DNA of 50,571 nucleotides from Perkinsus olseni (Eukaryota): NCBI GenBank assembly GCA_013115125.1, contig JABANN010000226.1, positions 1 to 50,571 of the forward strand, read 5' to 3'. Shown piece by piece: positions 40,489 to 50,571 of this stretch (position 1 is its first letter; each line of letters starts with the position of its first letter). The notes under the pieces were generated by a model. It saw only the letters and a program-made list of their open reading frames with translations, ran no database searches and was not told where the DNA came from. The position numbers and the translations under genes were made by a program.

Positions 40489-41412
40489 CTACATGGACAG
40501 GAGGAGGCTGCCACTTCTTTTGCGACACTTCCGCACACCATCATCGCTCTGCGGGGCCGCCGAACGGTTCAGCACAGTGGACGCTTCACTCTTGCTTGGT
40601 ACGGTTGTCCAGGCATCAGCGTCGATACGGATGATGTGCCGAGAGCTGACCGAAAGGTCACTCGAAAGATTCTTCCAACCTACCGCACCTGTCCAGCGTG
40701 AGCTCTTGCTGGCTCCCCTCGGCCTTGCCCAGTTTCTCTTGAACGACTCTTGTACACCTTATAGTGTCCACAGAACAGCCCTCGTCGTCAGCGGGCTCCA
40801 AGGACAAAGACGAGGCCCCTTCTCGGACTGCATGAACAACAAGAGTACTCCAGAAGGGAAGGGGAGTGGGCCTACTGATGAGGACCCCGTCTGCCCATCG
40901 TTTCCTTTTCTGAGTCCGCTGTGCGCTGTACTGACCTGACCCTGCAGACTGCCCGAGCGGCTGCTCCTGACCGACCCTACATCGTATTCTCCCCTCGGGC
41001 TTGTCACCACCGGCATCGCCCCCGCAAGGCGGAATGCTACGCTCCTCTGCGACAGTGGAATCATTCGGTGATGATTTCTTCTCAACCGGGGGCACTTGAG
41101 TCAATGGCGTCTTGGTAGTCGGCGGTACCAGGAAACAGTCGTCGTCATCATCTTCCAGTATATCACCCAAGAGGGACCCAGCTGTCATGACCAAATAAAC
41201 GAACTTTGAGGCCACCCGCTGTTATCTGGCGAAAGCTGAGGTGTCGAAACAACATCAGGCTGTATGTTCTTTCTGACTGAAACACCCCTCTCCGGCGGAT
41301 CGATGGAACTCACGGTACAAGCGAAGGACTGCGCCCCGAAAGCCAATTTTCTGAGCCTAGTGGGCGCGCGCTTCTTGGAAATGATGTTTTCGAACAATTG
41401 TCGTTTCGCCAT
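40489..41412 (-). CDS. Hypothetical low-complexity protein, multi-exon
   Basis: ATG at 41412 (MAKRQLFENIISKKRAPTRLRKLAFG), GTGAG donor, exons in ORFs 40658-41215 and 40759-41085, last exon ...RKRSGSLLLSM*. Confidence 0.45.
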
Positions 41413-41655
41413 TTCGTGGCTTCTGTGATCAACGGTTATGATGATGGAGCTCACGGTGACACGGTGACACGTTGCAATCAATACCGATAAATATGCCGTA
41501 GCAGCGCGTCTTAGCGCTTTAAGCTTTGCACAGGACATGCAAATCATAGCGCATCCAAGGTCGATTCTGGGAAGATACAGAACAGGTCAGGTTAACGGAC
41601 ACGTTCTCCTTGTAGGGTTTACCCTTATCTGTTTTATATCCCTGACTGTCCCATC

Positions 41656-42744
41656 ATGATTGACGACAACCGAAGTAAGATGTCTCCCCACCAGTGCCTT
41701 CTTCCCCTACGGATATCATATTTCAGAGATCGGCATTGGACTGTGCCTCCTCGGCCTCGTCTGCTTCTTCCTGGGTGTCATATTTTTCTTCGACAGAGCA
41801 TTGTTGGCTCTCGGGAATGTAATAACGGGAGAACGACGCTTACCCCTTACGGATGGGGTTCGGAACGTCCGGTGTGAATCGTAGAAATCGGAAGCGCTTG
41901 ACCATATTCTCGTCTCCTCCACGATTATTCAATCACCTCCACCGTGGTGAGGTGGTCCTTCCCAGTGGAGGCTGCGTGAGGATTACACTCGCAGGGAGAC
42001 CCACTGATCCCGTGTGCGTGGTTGCAGACGTCGGGACGGCTGTAGCGATGACTCTGGGTCCCAGAGTCTGGGAGTGTTCAGTAAACCTGTTTTGAAACCC
42101 AGAACCGGATTTTACGCATAAAAGACCAATTCCAGAATTGCTCCTGAGTCTCAGAGTTAGCTTACTGAACGGGGGGTCTGGCCTTAGCACACTTTGAGAA
42201 ATAATTCGTCGATTCCAGCAATTGGCCGATAGGCGATGGGCATCGGTGCCCGAGCTGTCGTGTACTCGATTGCCCTGCTCAGATGGCGTTCCTCGTTGGG
42301 CTCTCCTTCCTGCTCGGTATACACAAGACGTCGCGTTTCTTCTTACGGAAAGAGAAGGCCACAGGTAGAGGTCCTCTGTTGCATCTCCAGTGATTTTATC
42401 ACCCGCTCAGGTTCAGTATGTTTTTTCGCTGGCTTCGCTTTGGTCATCTACGGCTACGCTTTCGTGGGATTCCTAGTGGAAGCCTACGGCTTTTGGAAAC
42501 TCTTTGCGTAATACGGCGAGCTGTGGTTCCCACCCAGGGTTTATTGTAATTATTTCGACAGGGCGTTCCTCCCCAACGTAGTGCACTCCCTCAAGTTGAT
42601 ACCGGGCGTGGGATTCATACTCAGTGTGCCGCCGTTAAAATGGGTAGTAGTGGTGGCAGGGGTCAGCGCCGGGGCGGCTGATTCCAATCGGGATTCCTTC
42701 AGATAGCGGACTACGCGTATGACCAGCGAAGACTTCCGTTGTAA
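41656..42744 (+). CDS. GOT1: Got1/GOLT1 family Golgi vesicle transport protein, 6 exons
   Basis: Spliced: MIDDNRK-IGIGLCLLGLVCFFLGVIFFFDRALLALGN-MAFLVGLSFLLGIHKTSRFFLRKEKAT-GSVCFFAGFALVIYGYAFVGFLVEAYGFWKLFA-AFLPNVVHSLKLIPGVGFILSVPPLKW-IADYAYDQRRLPL*. Intron 2 = 41819-42282. Confidence 0.92.
41842..42176 (+). ncRNA. Candidate structured ncRNA inside GOT1 intron 2 (identity unknown)
   Basis: Oversized 464-nt intron with at least six stems, including GTTCAGTAA/TTACTGAAC (9 bp) and GACTCTGG/CCAGAGTC (8 bp). G-U pairs favour the + strand. Confidence 0.55.
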
Positions 42745-43470
42745 GTTACGCCGCGCAGATTATCACTCTTGCAATCATCAGCGGTGGATGTGTAATTACC
42801 GAAGCATATTGCACGGGTACCCTCCTCGTCGTCCACATCATTACAGCTGTACACTTGCCGTATCATTATCATCGTCGTTAATGATAGTAATAAGGGCAGC
42901 AATGCTGCGAGGGGTTGCTGGGGCAGCAGTAGTGTGACGAGTCGGGTTGGTTAATTCGGAGTATCCATAGCTTCACCGTGGGAGATACAGAAAAGGTCAA
43001 GTGCAGCCCCGAGTGATTGTCGATTCATGCGGCATGAACCATGCCCTTTGATGATGCAGATGTCCACTTCCTGGTCACAGTTGACACCGGCAATCGGCCG
43101 GAGGGGTTCCGGCCATTCCCAGCCAGTAGTTCCCCGGAGTCGGAATAGCCCCGAGCTCCAGTTCACTAGAAGGAAAGCACCCCTACTTGCTATCCGTTGC
43201 TCGATCGATATTCGGCAAGCAGGCTGAATGCAATGGATGACTGCGCTCGCAACGCTCATGATGGTGCAGTGGTATGGCGAGCTGCCCCCTGCCAGACCAC
43301 ATTCACCCCCTGTGTTTGGGCAGCGCGAAGCCCCTTCTGTCGTGTTATCTCGGATGAGGGGCACGATAGGCTGGGAATGGCTGAGATGGGCTCACAGTTC
43401 CTCACACTCCATGACCACCGCGGGCGCACAACCTGGCCTTCGATCGCTTGCTGGTAGGACAAGGATCACG

Positions 43471-44627
43471 ATGGTTAGCTCGAGCACAAGATCAGATACT
43501 CTTTCTGGCGTCGTCATATTACCGAAATACGAAGGGCCAGCCGTGAGCCCTGCAGTTGTCCACTACCAGCAACTACTACGGCAGAACCAAGAACAGCCTC
43601 GGCCGGGCCCGACCATAGTGAAGGTCTCCAGCAGACGGCGACCCGCAGTGCGTTCCGCTCGAACATCGGAAGGAGCTAGCTCGGGGAGAAGCACTGCAAC
43701 TTCAAGGTGAGAAGTCCCCTTCGTGTGGGGATGTTGAACCCGGCGTTCAGGCGTACCAGGGTCAGTTCGAGCTTGCAAAGTAGCTCGGCGCCCTCTCAAG
43801 TGGCGAGCAGGGGGAGCTCCTCTTCTGGTAGCAGCGCCAAGGCGACCATCCGGCAGTCAGAGGAACATGGAGAGCATGATGAGTAGGATAGTCACCATCG
43901 AGCGCGGCACTTGCCCGATCCTCACATCACTTAGTTCTGGGAAGGCAGCGCTCTCTAGGAAGTCCAGGGAGGAACTACGTAAGCTGGTCCCTATCCCTGA
44001 GCTCTCCTCGAGATGGGTTCATACAGGTCGGATAGCCGGCATACCAACAGTCAATGACTTCCCTTATCAGTGTTGCGAGGGCTGGAAAGCAAGGTGAGTG
44101 GGTGGGGAGGAGGAGAATGCTTGGCAACGAGCTTTCGGTCGTTCAGGGCGCCGATGAGACCAGCACAGTACTCTTTCAACCCAATCCGGCATACGGTCGA
44201 TAAGTTTGTTATTGACGAAGCGACTGGTGATATGAAACAATACAAGACGAAGAGGACCACCAGCTACTTAGAGGTGGGACTACTGTCGTGATGCTGAAGT
44301 GTCCGGCGAAGAGTTGCCCTCAGCCATCGGCCTGCGATGCTGTGACGTTCAATAGGAGGAAGGGAGTTGTTGAATGGGGCGACCTGCAGCGTCTTACCAA
44401 CCCCAGATGGAGCAGAGCGTAATCAAGACACCCGAGTGGCGCTCGAATGTCTGATTTCCAGATACCACCGCGACTTTACCAAGAATAGTAAAATCTTCCA
44501 TCGCATCACAGGTAGGTGAGGTGACTCTCCGACGACTAGGATCTTCCTATTATCAGGGCCGATGTGTAAAGTGTACGACATTGCAGCACGTAACAAGGAG
44601 CCGAATCCCCTTCGGGTTGGACGGTGA
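43471..44627 (+). CDS. Hypothetical multi-exon protein
   Basis: GT-AG-joined exons: ...YSFNPIRHTVDKFVIDEATGDMKQYKTKRTTSYLE / PSACDAVTFNRRKGVVEWGDLQRLTNPRW...KIFHRITG / PMCKVYDIAARNKEPNPLRVGR*. Start uncertain. Confidence 0.5.
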
Positions 44628-44737
44628 AGTGCCGCTGCCACCATCATGTTGAGCATTACTGCTGTGCCTCTGGGATCTGTTGCGTTCTGTGGGGTAGTGC
44701 GGAGACTCGTGGTGGCTAGAAGAGAACCTCTCACTCA

Positions 44738-45850
44738 ATGACGGGGAATCAACGAAGCCGACTGCCCAGTGCAGCAGACTTCTCTCACACAGTAAGGTTA
44801 AAACGCGATTGCGGGGAGATCAGCCTTCCCCCTCAGCCAAGCGAGAAGATCACATGGAAGAGGCTGATGGCTTTCCTCAACCCCTCACGTCTTGAACACC
44901 CTCATATATCACAACGCTTGGCCCTCTTCGCCTTGTAAGCTGTGATTTGCTTGTTCGATGACGACGTCAATGCCTTATGTGTCAGATATGGACCCTCGGA
45001 TGAGGAGGGGTTCCTCAGGTATGCGACAAGCAGGTTCCGCTATTAGCTGAGTTCCTCAGGGGCGGATACCTCGGGCGACACAAAGTGGCCGACTTCGAGA
45101 TCGACAGGATGGCGCGAGAATGCTACGAGACGGAGCTGATCAGGATGCTCAACAGGCCTAAGGTGGGTAGACCCTGGAGGGGGCGTATGTTGAGGATGAA
45201 TCTCAGGATATCTTGACAGTCATCGTGGCGGAGCTGCTGCCGAAAGCCCTCGACGTGCAATACACAGAGAAGGACGTGAAGGAGCTGTTGGCGTGCATTA
45301 CGAGGGACCCCGACGGATACATGCAATTTTCAGACCTCCAGTCGTGAGTGAAACACCACTACTCCGCCTAGAATGCCGTACCGGCTCTCAGTGTCATCAT
45401 CAACGACTTCCACCGACGTTTGCGAGACGTGATAGAAAGGTCCCACAGCCCGGCGGCGACAGGGAATGATGGACTGCCCTTCCAGAGTGCACAGGCTAGC
45501 CGCCTGTGAGTCGGGTCGCCGCCCACCGAGAAGACATTCCCCCCTCAGGACAGCGGTGTGCCGTAAGAAGAAGCTACTGCCGAATCAGGAGTTCGAGGTC
45601 CTGTCTAGTAAGCTCCACCGGGGCGCCACGTTGATCGCTCCGCTAGAGGAGCAGAACAAGTCGGAATCTCTCTCGGCCAACGTAAGGGTACTCAGTCGAG
45701 GATGGCCGTCCAACTCCTCATTATCATCAGGTGCAATTGATTCGAAGGTTGGGCCCGACTCATGACCGTTGGGACCGCTACTGTGCCCTTCGGCAGGGGG
45801 CCGTTCTGACAGGTCACAATCGACGCTTGGTCAAGCTTCATGCTCCGTGA
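44738..45850 (+). CDS. Hypothetical multi-exon protein, possibly with a degenerate EF-hand-like segment
   Basis: Exons join in frame: EKITWKRLMAFLNP...LALFAL / YGPSDEEGFLR / GGYLGRHKVADFEIDRMARECYE / ...YTEKDVKELLACITRDPDGYMQFSDLQ / ...ANVQLIRRLGPTHDRWDRYCALR...HAP*. Confidence 0.55.
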
Positions 45851-45956
45851 TTCTGTTGTGGCCTTTTCGTGTTGACTTATGAGTTCGGAAACTAACACGA
45901 CGCTTGCAAGAGCGTGAAAAATAGAGTAACGTGCTACTATGGCGAAGCGCCCACCG

Positions 45957-47600
45957 TTAATCAACGATATTAGCAGCCCCGAGTGCCACGAGGAGATCTG
46001 GGTCCAGCTCAGTATGAAACCGAGGGTCGGCGTCCTCGAAGGCAGCATACACAGTGTCCTGTACAATTGGCATACGACTGGCCCCTCCCGCGAAGACGAC
46101 GTCAGAAACGTACCTGAGGGGGAATAGCTTGAAGCGGAGGAACAACATCGGGTGGCCGCCTTACTCGGGGTCCAGCATGACCAGACGCATGCTGCGATGC
46201 ATCGTGTCGTACATACGATCCAGCAGGTCACTTGCTGCCTCAGCGAACTCATCCCGGGTGATGAGCTGACCACCTGTCATAAGATGATCACACGAGGGCC
46301 CCCTACTGTGGCCTACCACAGACAGTCGTGTTCTCATGCTCCGTGAGCTCCCTCTTCACCCTCTCGGCCATCACGTTTGAGTAACTGATTCACACGAGGC
46401 TCCTTGCAGTTGGCATCGGGCTCACCATTACTGTTCGGGATGGTTCGGATTTTGCCGTCTGCATTTCTCGTTTATCAGTTTAGCTAGGACTCTGTCAAAG
46501 TCCTGGCCACCCAACTGCTGGTCACCGGACGTCGAGAGGACCTGCACACCAAGTCCTTCATGATGCGCACACGCGTATGCGCATGATGCGCCCGGCCCCT
46601 ACGTTAATGCTGCCCGAGAAGGTAGCAACCTGCAGGACAGAGACGTCGAGGGTTCCTCCACCGAGATCGAAAACCACCACAACACGGGAGCTCGCTCCGC
46701 CCGACCGCTGATGGAGGTTGTACCTAGTGACAGGGGGATGCCGAGATTAAGGCACCGTAGGGACCTACGCCACTGCTGCTGCAACTGGCTCCTCGATAAG
46801 TCGAGTGACTGTGAGGCCTAACTCCTCGTACACTCGCCGGGTAGCGTCCCTCTGGGGTTGATTGAATTCTACTGGTACGCATATGACGACCTTCTTAGAA
46901 GCTCCCGAGCTGCCAACGACCGCCTCCACCTGGGAGTGTCGTGACTGTGGGCACAGAGAGACGACTTACCGATTTCAGCAGCTCGCTGACTACTTGAACC
47001 CCCACGTCCACCGGCGACACCGACAATGAATGGTCCAGTACTGAGAAGCGCACCTCGTCAGTAGAGTTCGGAGACGGTACCACTGTGAATGGATGGGCAT
47101 CGGAGTCAAACGACCTGCACAGAGAAGACTAGCATTCCAGCTGACAGCTCCGCCTTACACCTCCTCAATGCCCTTCCCTATGAACCGCTTCGCGTGGTAA
47201 ATTGTATCCTCAGGGAAGAGGTCCTGCCGTGCTACTGCGGCATCACCAACGACGGTAGTCCCATTGGGAAAGTAGCTCACTACCGATGGCACCAATGGTG
47301 AATCTGAACACGTCAAGTAGGGAACGAACTGCTTCAGACAGGCAAGACAGCTCTAACCTGTCAGGTAGTGCTTCACAACCGCAGGGCTGACGGACTTCTC
47401 CGCTTCCGCTGGTTTTATCGCCGCTACGGAGAAGGACGTCCCCAAATCGATGCCCACAACCTGAGAGCTTTACAATGCAGCGGTCGCGGTGCTCGGCAGC
47501 TTCTTACGTAGCTGGGCGAACGATAGCCGAAGTGGGCCAGGATGGCTGACAAGGCTGCTAGGAGGACGGCCACCACGAAGAGGGCCTGCGGATCCAGCAT
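45957..47600 (-). CDS. HSPA13: HSPA13/STCH-like Hsp70 (signal peptide + ATPase domain only), multi-exon
   Basis: Hydrophobic leader MLDPQALFVVAVLLAALSAILAHFGY, then VVGIDLGTSFS, VVICVPVEFNQPQRDAT, RLIEEPVAAAVA, VFDLGGGTLDVS, GGQDFD, VVFAGGASRMP and DPDLLVALGAA, with a stop 4 residues later. No substrate-binding domain. Confidence 0.82.
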
Positions 47601-47791
47601 CGCACAGGTGGATCAGAAAAACTGTCACCAGTCGGAATGTGACTGTGACGCCTCGTGAACAAAACGCGCTTCACATTGGATTGAAACGTGAGAGGAACAG
47701 TACGGGTGGGGGCAGGGATCACAGCTCTCTGAGCTGCTCCCATGGTGGCTTCGGGAAAGCATTACGGGTAGCAAGGACGAGGGTCTTCAGT

Positions 47792-49020
47792 TCATAGGAG
47801 ATGTAACCCTGACGACGGGCGATCGACTGCAGCAGTGACGACAGTAGAGACACTCACCTTGCAGTAGCCGTAGAGCAGTAGTCTTCCTACTATTCCTTCG
47901 GCGTAGGTATCACAGACATGACCATCCTCGTCATTCTCGCTGACTCTCAAGGCTGCTGTGACCACTGCGACGGGCACTTGGTTAGAGCCGTATATAGTCA
48001 TAGTACGCTCCAAGAGATTCCTGTCATACCGAGTGTTAGGTATTGAGAAGCAAGAAGCCCCTCACCTGTAAACGCACCACACGAGCATGCCGTCGAGGAA
48101 GAACGGCAGAATTTGCCGTCCAGTGCCGGCCTCGTCATCGAAGCTGAGAGCCTCCGTCCGGCAACGCTGAAGCAGTTGCTTATTCAATAACATCAATACC
48201 ACAACTTCCCCACCTCGTATTCTGCTAAGTTCCCCTGTCTTATGGCCTTCAGTAAAGGAGCCCACCGTGCCGCGCTGAGGAAGCAGCCTTTCGCCGGTAT
48301 TCTAGTCAGCAGACTACCCCTACAGCTGATTTCGCTCGAGTAGTTCCCTTGACGGCAATATGCCTTTCCGCACTTTGCAGGGTATGAGAAGATTCAATAT
48401 ACGCTGTTTCGCATTGATGTGGCCATCCGGACAGTACCTCGATAAGCGACAGGAACGTGTGCATCGCTCCGCTTAGAGCACCTACTTTAAGGCGTCGTCT
48501 AGCCGGTGTTCAGCATCGGGCAGACGAGACTGAAAGAGCCTGTGGCGAGCCCAGAAGTACTGAGTCTTCACTCTTATTGAGTTGGGGCAGATGTCAAGGT
48601 ACCGCTCGTCTACGTTCCTGCAAAGCAGTTCGTATGATCGCTCTGTGTCGGTTGCCTTCGCCTCACCGCAGTATGGGCTCCAAGGCGGCCGGCTGTTCCA
48701 TGGCCGTGCAAATCTGCATGATCTCGACGAGCACGACGAACAAGCCAGGCATGAGGGCCTTGTCATACCGAGTATCGCGGCGTATCCGGATGAACCTGTT
48801 GCAGGGATGTTTCGAAAATGGAAACTCGAAATAGTATCACTACTCTTCCCGAAGAGCATCCAGGACTCGCTGTTGGTAGCGATGGTAATGCGAGCCGCCA
48901 CCACCGCCGCCCATCGAACCTTTCCCATGGCACCAAATGTCCTCAAGGACATATCAACGCTACTACCATTACCATCATCAGCGTCGGATTCCTCGCTACT
49001 GCCGGATACTCTGTGATGTG
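47792..49020 (-). CDS. Hypothetical multi-exon protein (5' end uncertain)
   Basis: Series of short exons with GT-AG introns (RSYELLCRNVDERYLDICPNSIR; FWARHRLFQSRLPDAEHRLDDALK; LLNKQLLQRCRTEALSFDDE; GIVGRLLLYGYCK). No family recognised. Confidence 0.45.
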
Positions 49021-49191
49021 AGTCCAGGTATTTCGAGAACCTATCCTAACCTTCTCAACGACACGGGCAACCGGTCGCCCTACTTCCGTGTGAACGCAGC
49101 AACCTCCTGTAGCACTGGTAGGAGGACGGCCACTCTATTTAGGTTACTAACATGGAACGCCACCATGGACCCACGCCTGATGCCACCTTTA

Positions 49192-50571
49192 CTACTCCTC
49201 CTTCTCATCCACTTCGACGGAGCTGCTAATTTCAGAGTCAGAAGGTGATGCAATACTGCTGCTGGCCGCGGTGACCCCGTTGTTCGGTCCTAGCGATCCG
49301 CGATACATCTCCGTTATCTCACCTGAAGACACTCATTCGAGTTGGGGGGGCATGACTGCGAGTCTACGCAGCAGCTTGAGACTGTAGGCAACGGCATCGG
49401 CGCCACCCCTCCCGCTGTCGAGCGCCACAGCGATCCTCTTGGAAGAGAGCATTGCCAACTTCACCGTATCCGCTATGAAGGAAGGATACTCCGCGAGCTC
49501 CTGGCCACTGAGAAGGCGCTTCCATGGAGAGTCGATGACCGGTTTTTATCCTACACAACGGTCTTTATGTGATAATCCGACTCCCCTTCAAGGCCGTCTA
49601 AACCGTGCAGAACTGCTCGCATCGCTCGTCGGGCGATATTGCCTGAAAGGGCTACACCTGCCAGTATCCTGAGGTCGACCGTAGCTATTCAACGGCTGAG
49701 GAGAGAAATCAGTAGAGTACATCTCAGAACATAGCCCCCTGAGATACTCCATAACTACTCTTTGATGGTCGAGAGTACAAGGCTTTTATCTGCATACGCA
49801 GGTGACTCTGGTGGAAGTTTACATGCATCATCGTGACACACACCGCGCGTTGAGGCGCTGATGTAATGTGAGGAGTCAATGTCTGTTACAAACTCGTCGT
49901 ATATTTCCTCACGTACAATCGAGTACGGCGAAGACCTCGGAGAAGCGTTACCACGACATATGAAAGACTGGGGATGGATCCTTCCCGACCCAACATTACA
50001 CAGTCATCCGTGACTGAAGCTGACTCACCTTGGTTATCCTCTTCTCCTGCTGCCCAGTCCAAGGAGCTCGCCACCTGCTCTGCATAATCTGCCAGGGTTT
50101 CCTCATCCACTCTCATACCACAACAAGGGGACACCACCAAGGCTAGCGGACCAAACCGACAGCAACAACCATGAGATGGGCTCATACCACCCGGGGAGAC
50201 TCATCACGGAAGCCATAGATGCTCCGTAACCCGCTATTTCGCTATTCTCACTCAATCGTCACCATCACGACCTCACTAGAGATGCTCAGTGTCGGAGCTC
50301 TGCCCGAAGTAGCCTTTTCCTTCTCCCACAAACTAACCCAAGTCTTCACAGCGTAGTTGAGAAAATATTCTTACACTCGATAAGGAGCAAACATAATCAG
50401 AATGAGTGGAATGCGCCTTGCCTTTCGGCAGGACGTCAAAATATTATTGATCGCATAGAAAAATGCAGGAGGGACTCAGAGAAATTTAGTACACCTCAGG
50501 GCAATAACGGTCGTTGTCAGCAAGGTCTTCGAAGATCGCCTTGGCCTTCTCCATGGAGACATTCTCGCCCT
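49192..50571 (-). CDS. 3' part of a hypothetical multi-exon gene entering from beyond the window end
   Basis: Exons NVSMEKAKAIFEDLADNDRYCPE, MRVDEETLADYAEQVASSLDWAAGEEDNQ and last exon ...SSSVEVDEKEE*, separated by short GT-AG introns. Confidence 0.4.

Noticed and set aside
42251-42280. GAGCTGT...GCTC near the 3' end of the GOT1 intron as a group II intron domain V
   Set aside because: Lacks the D5 GNRA loop and bulge geometry, and there is no room for D6. The intron has ordinary GT-AG ends.
49678-49700. ACCGTAGCTATTCAACGGCTGAG, similar to the perkinsid/dinoflagellate spliced leader (ACCGTAGCCATYTTGGCTCAAG)
   Set aside because: Only the first 8 nt match exactly, there is no AG|GT donor after it, and it lies antisense within a coding region. 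Likely chance.

Overview
Eukaryotic, gene-dense, intron-rich genomic DNA. Introns are mostly ~40-60 nt GT-AG and intergenic gaps are often ~100-250 nt. The style suggests a flagellated alveolate such as Perkinsus, but this is inference, not a database match. Recognisable genes are a STE11/MEKK-like kinase, a radial spoke protein 3-like gene, a probable DDT/WSD + Cys-finger chromatin protein, CLN3/battenin, BTF3 (NAC beta), a ~16 kb DNAH6-like axonemal dynein heavy chain, GOT1 and an HSPA13/STCH-like ATPase-only Hsp70. There are two tRNAs (Trp-CCA; Glu-CTC antisense inside a dynein intron) and several hypothetical spliced genes. The most unusual features are: (1) a 464-nt GOT1 intron packed with helices, which looks like an unidentified intron-hosted structured RNA; (2) a tandem family of three essentially intronless orphan paralogues showing mosaicism, frameshifts and partial decay; (3) the intronic tRNA; (4) a second oversized AT-rich dynein intron; (5) a 3.7 kb intron-free block in the otherwise intron-dense dynein gene. 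All exon structures were read by eye, so boundaries of hypothetical genes are approximate.
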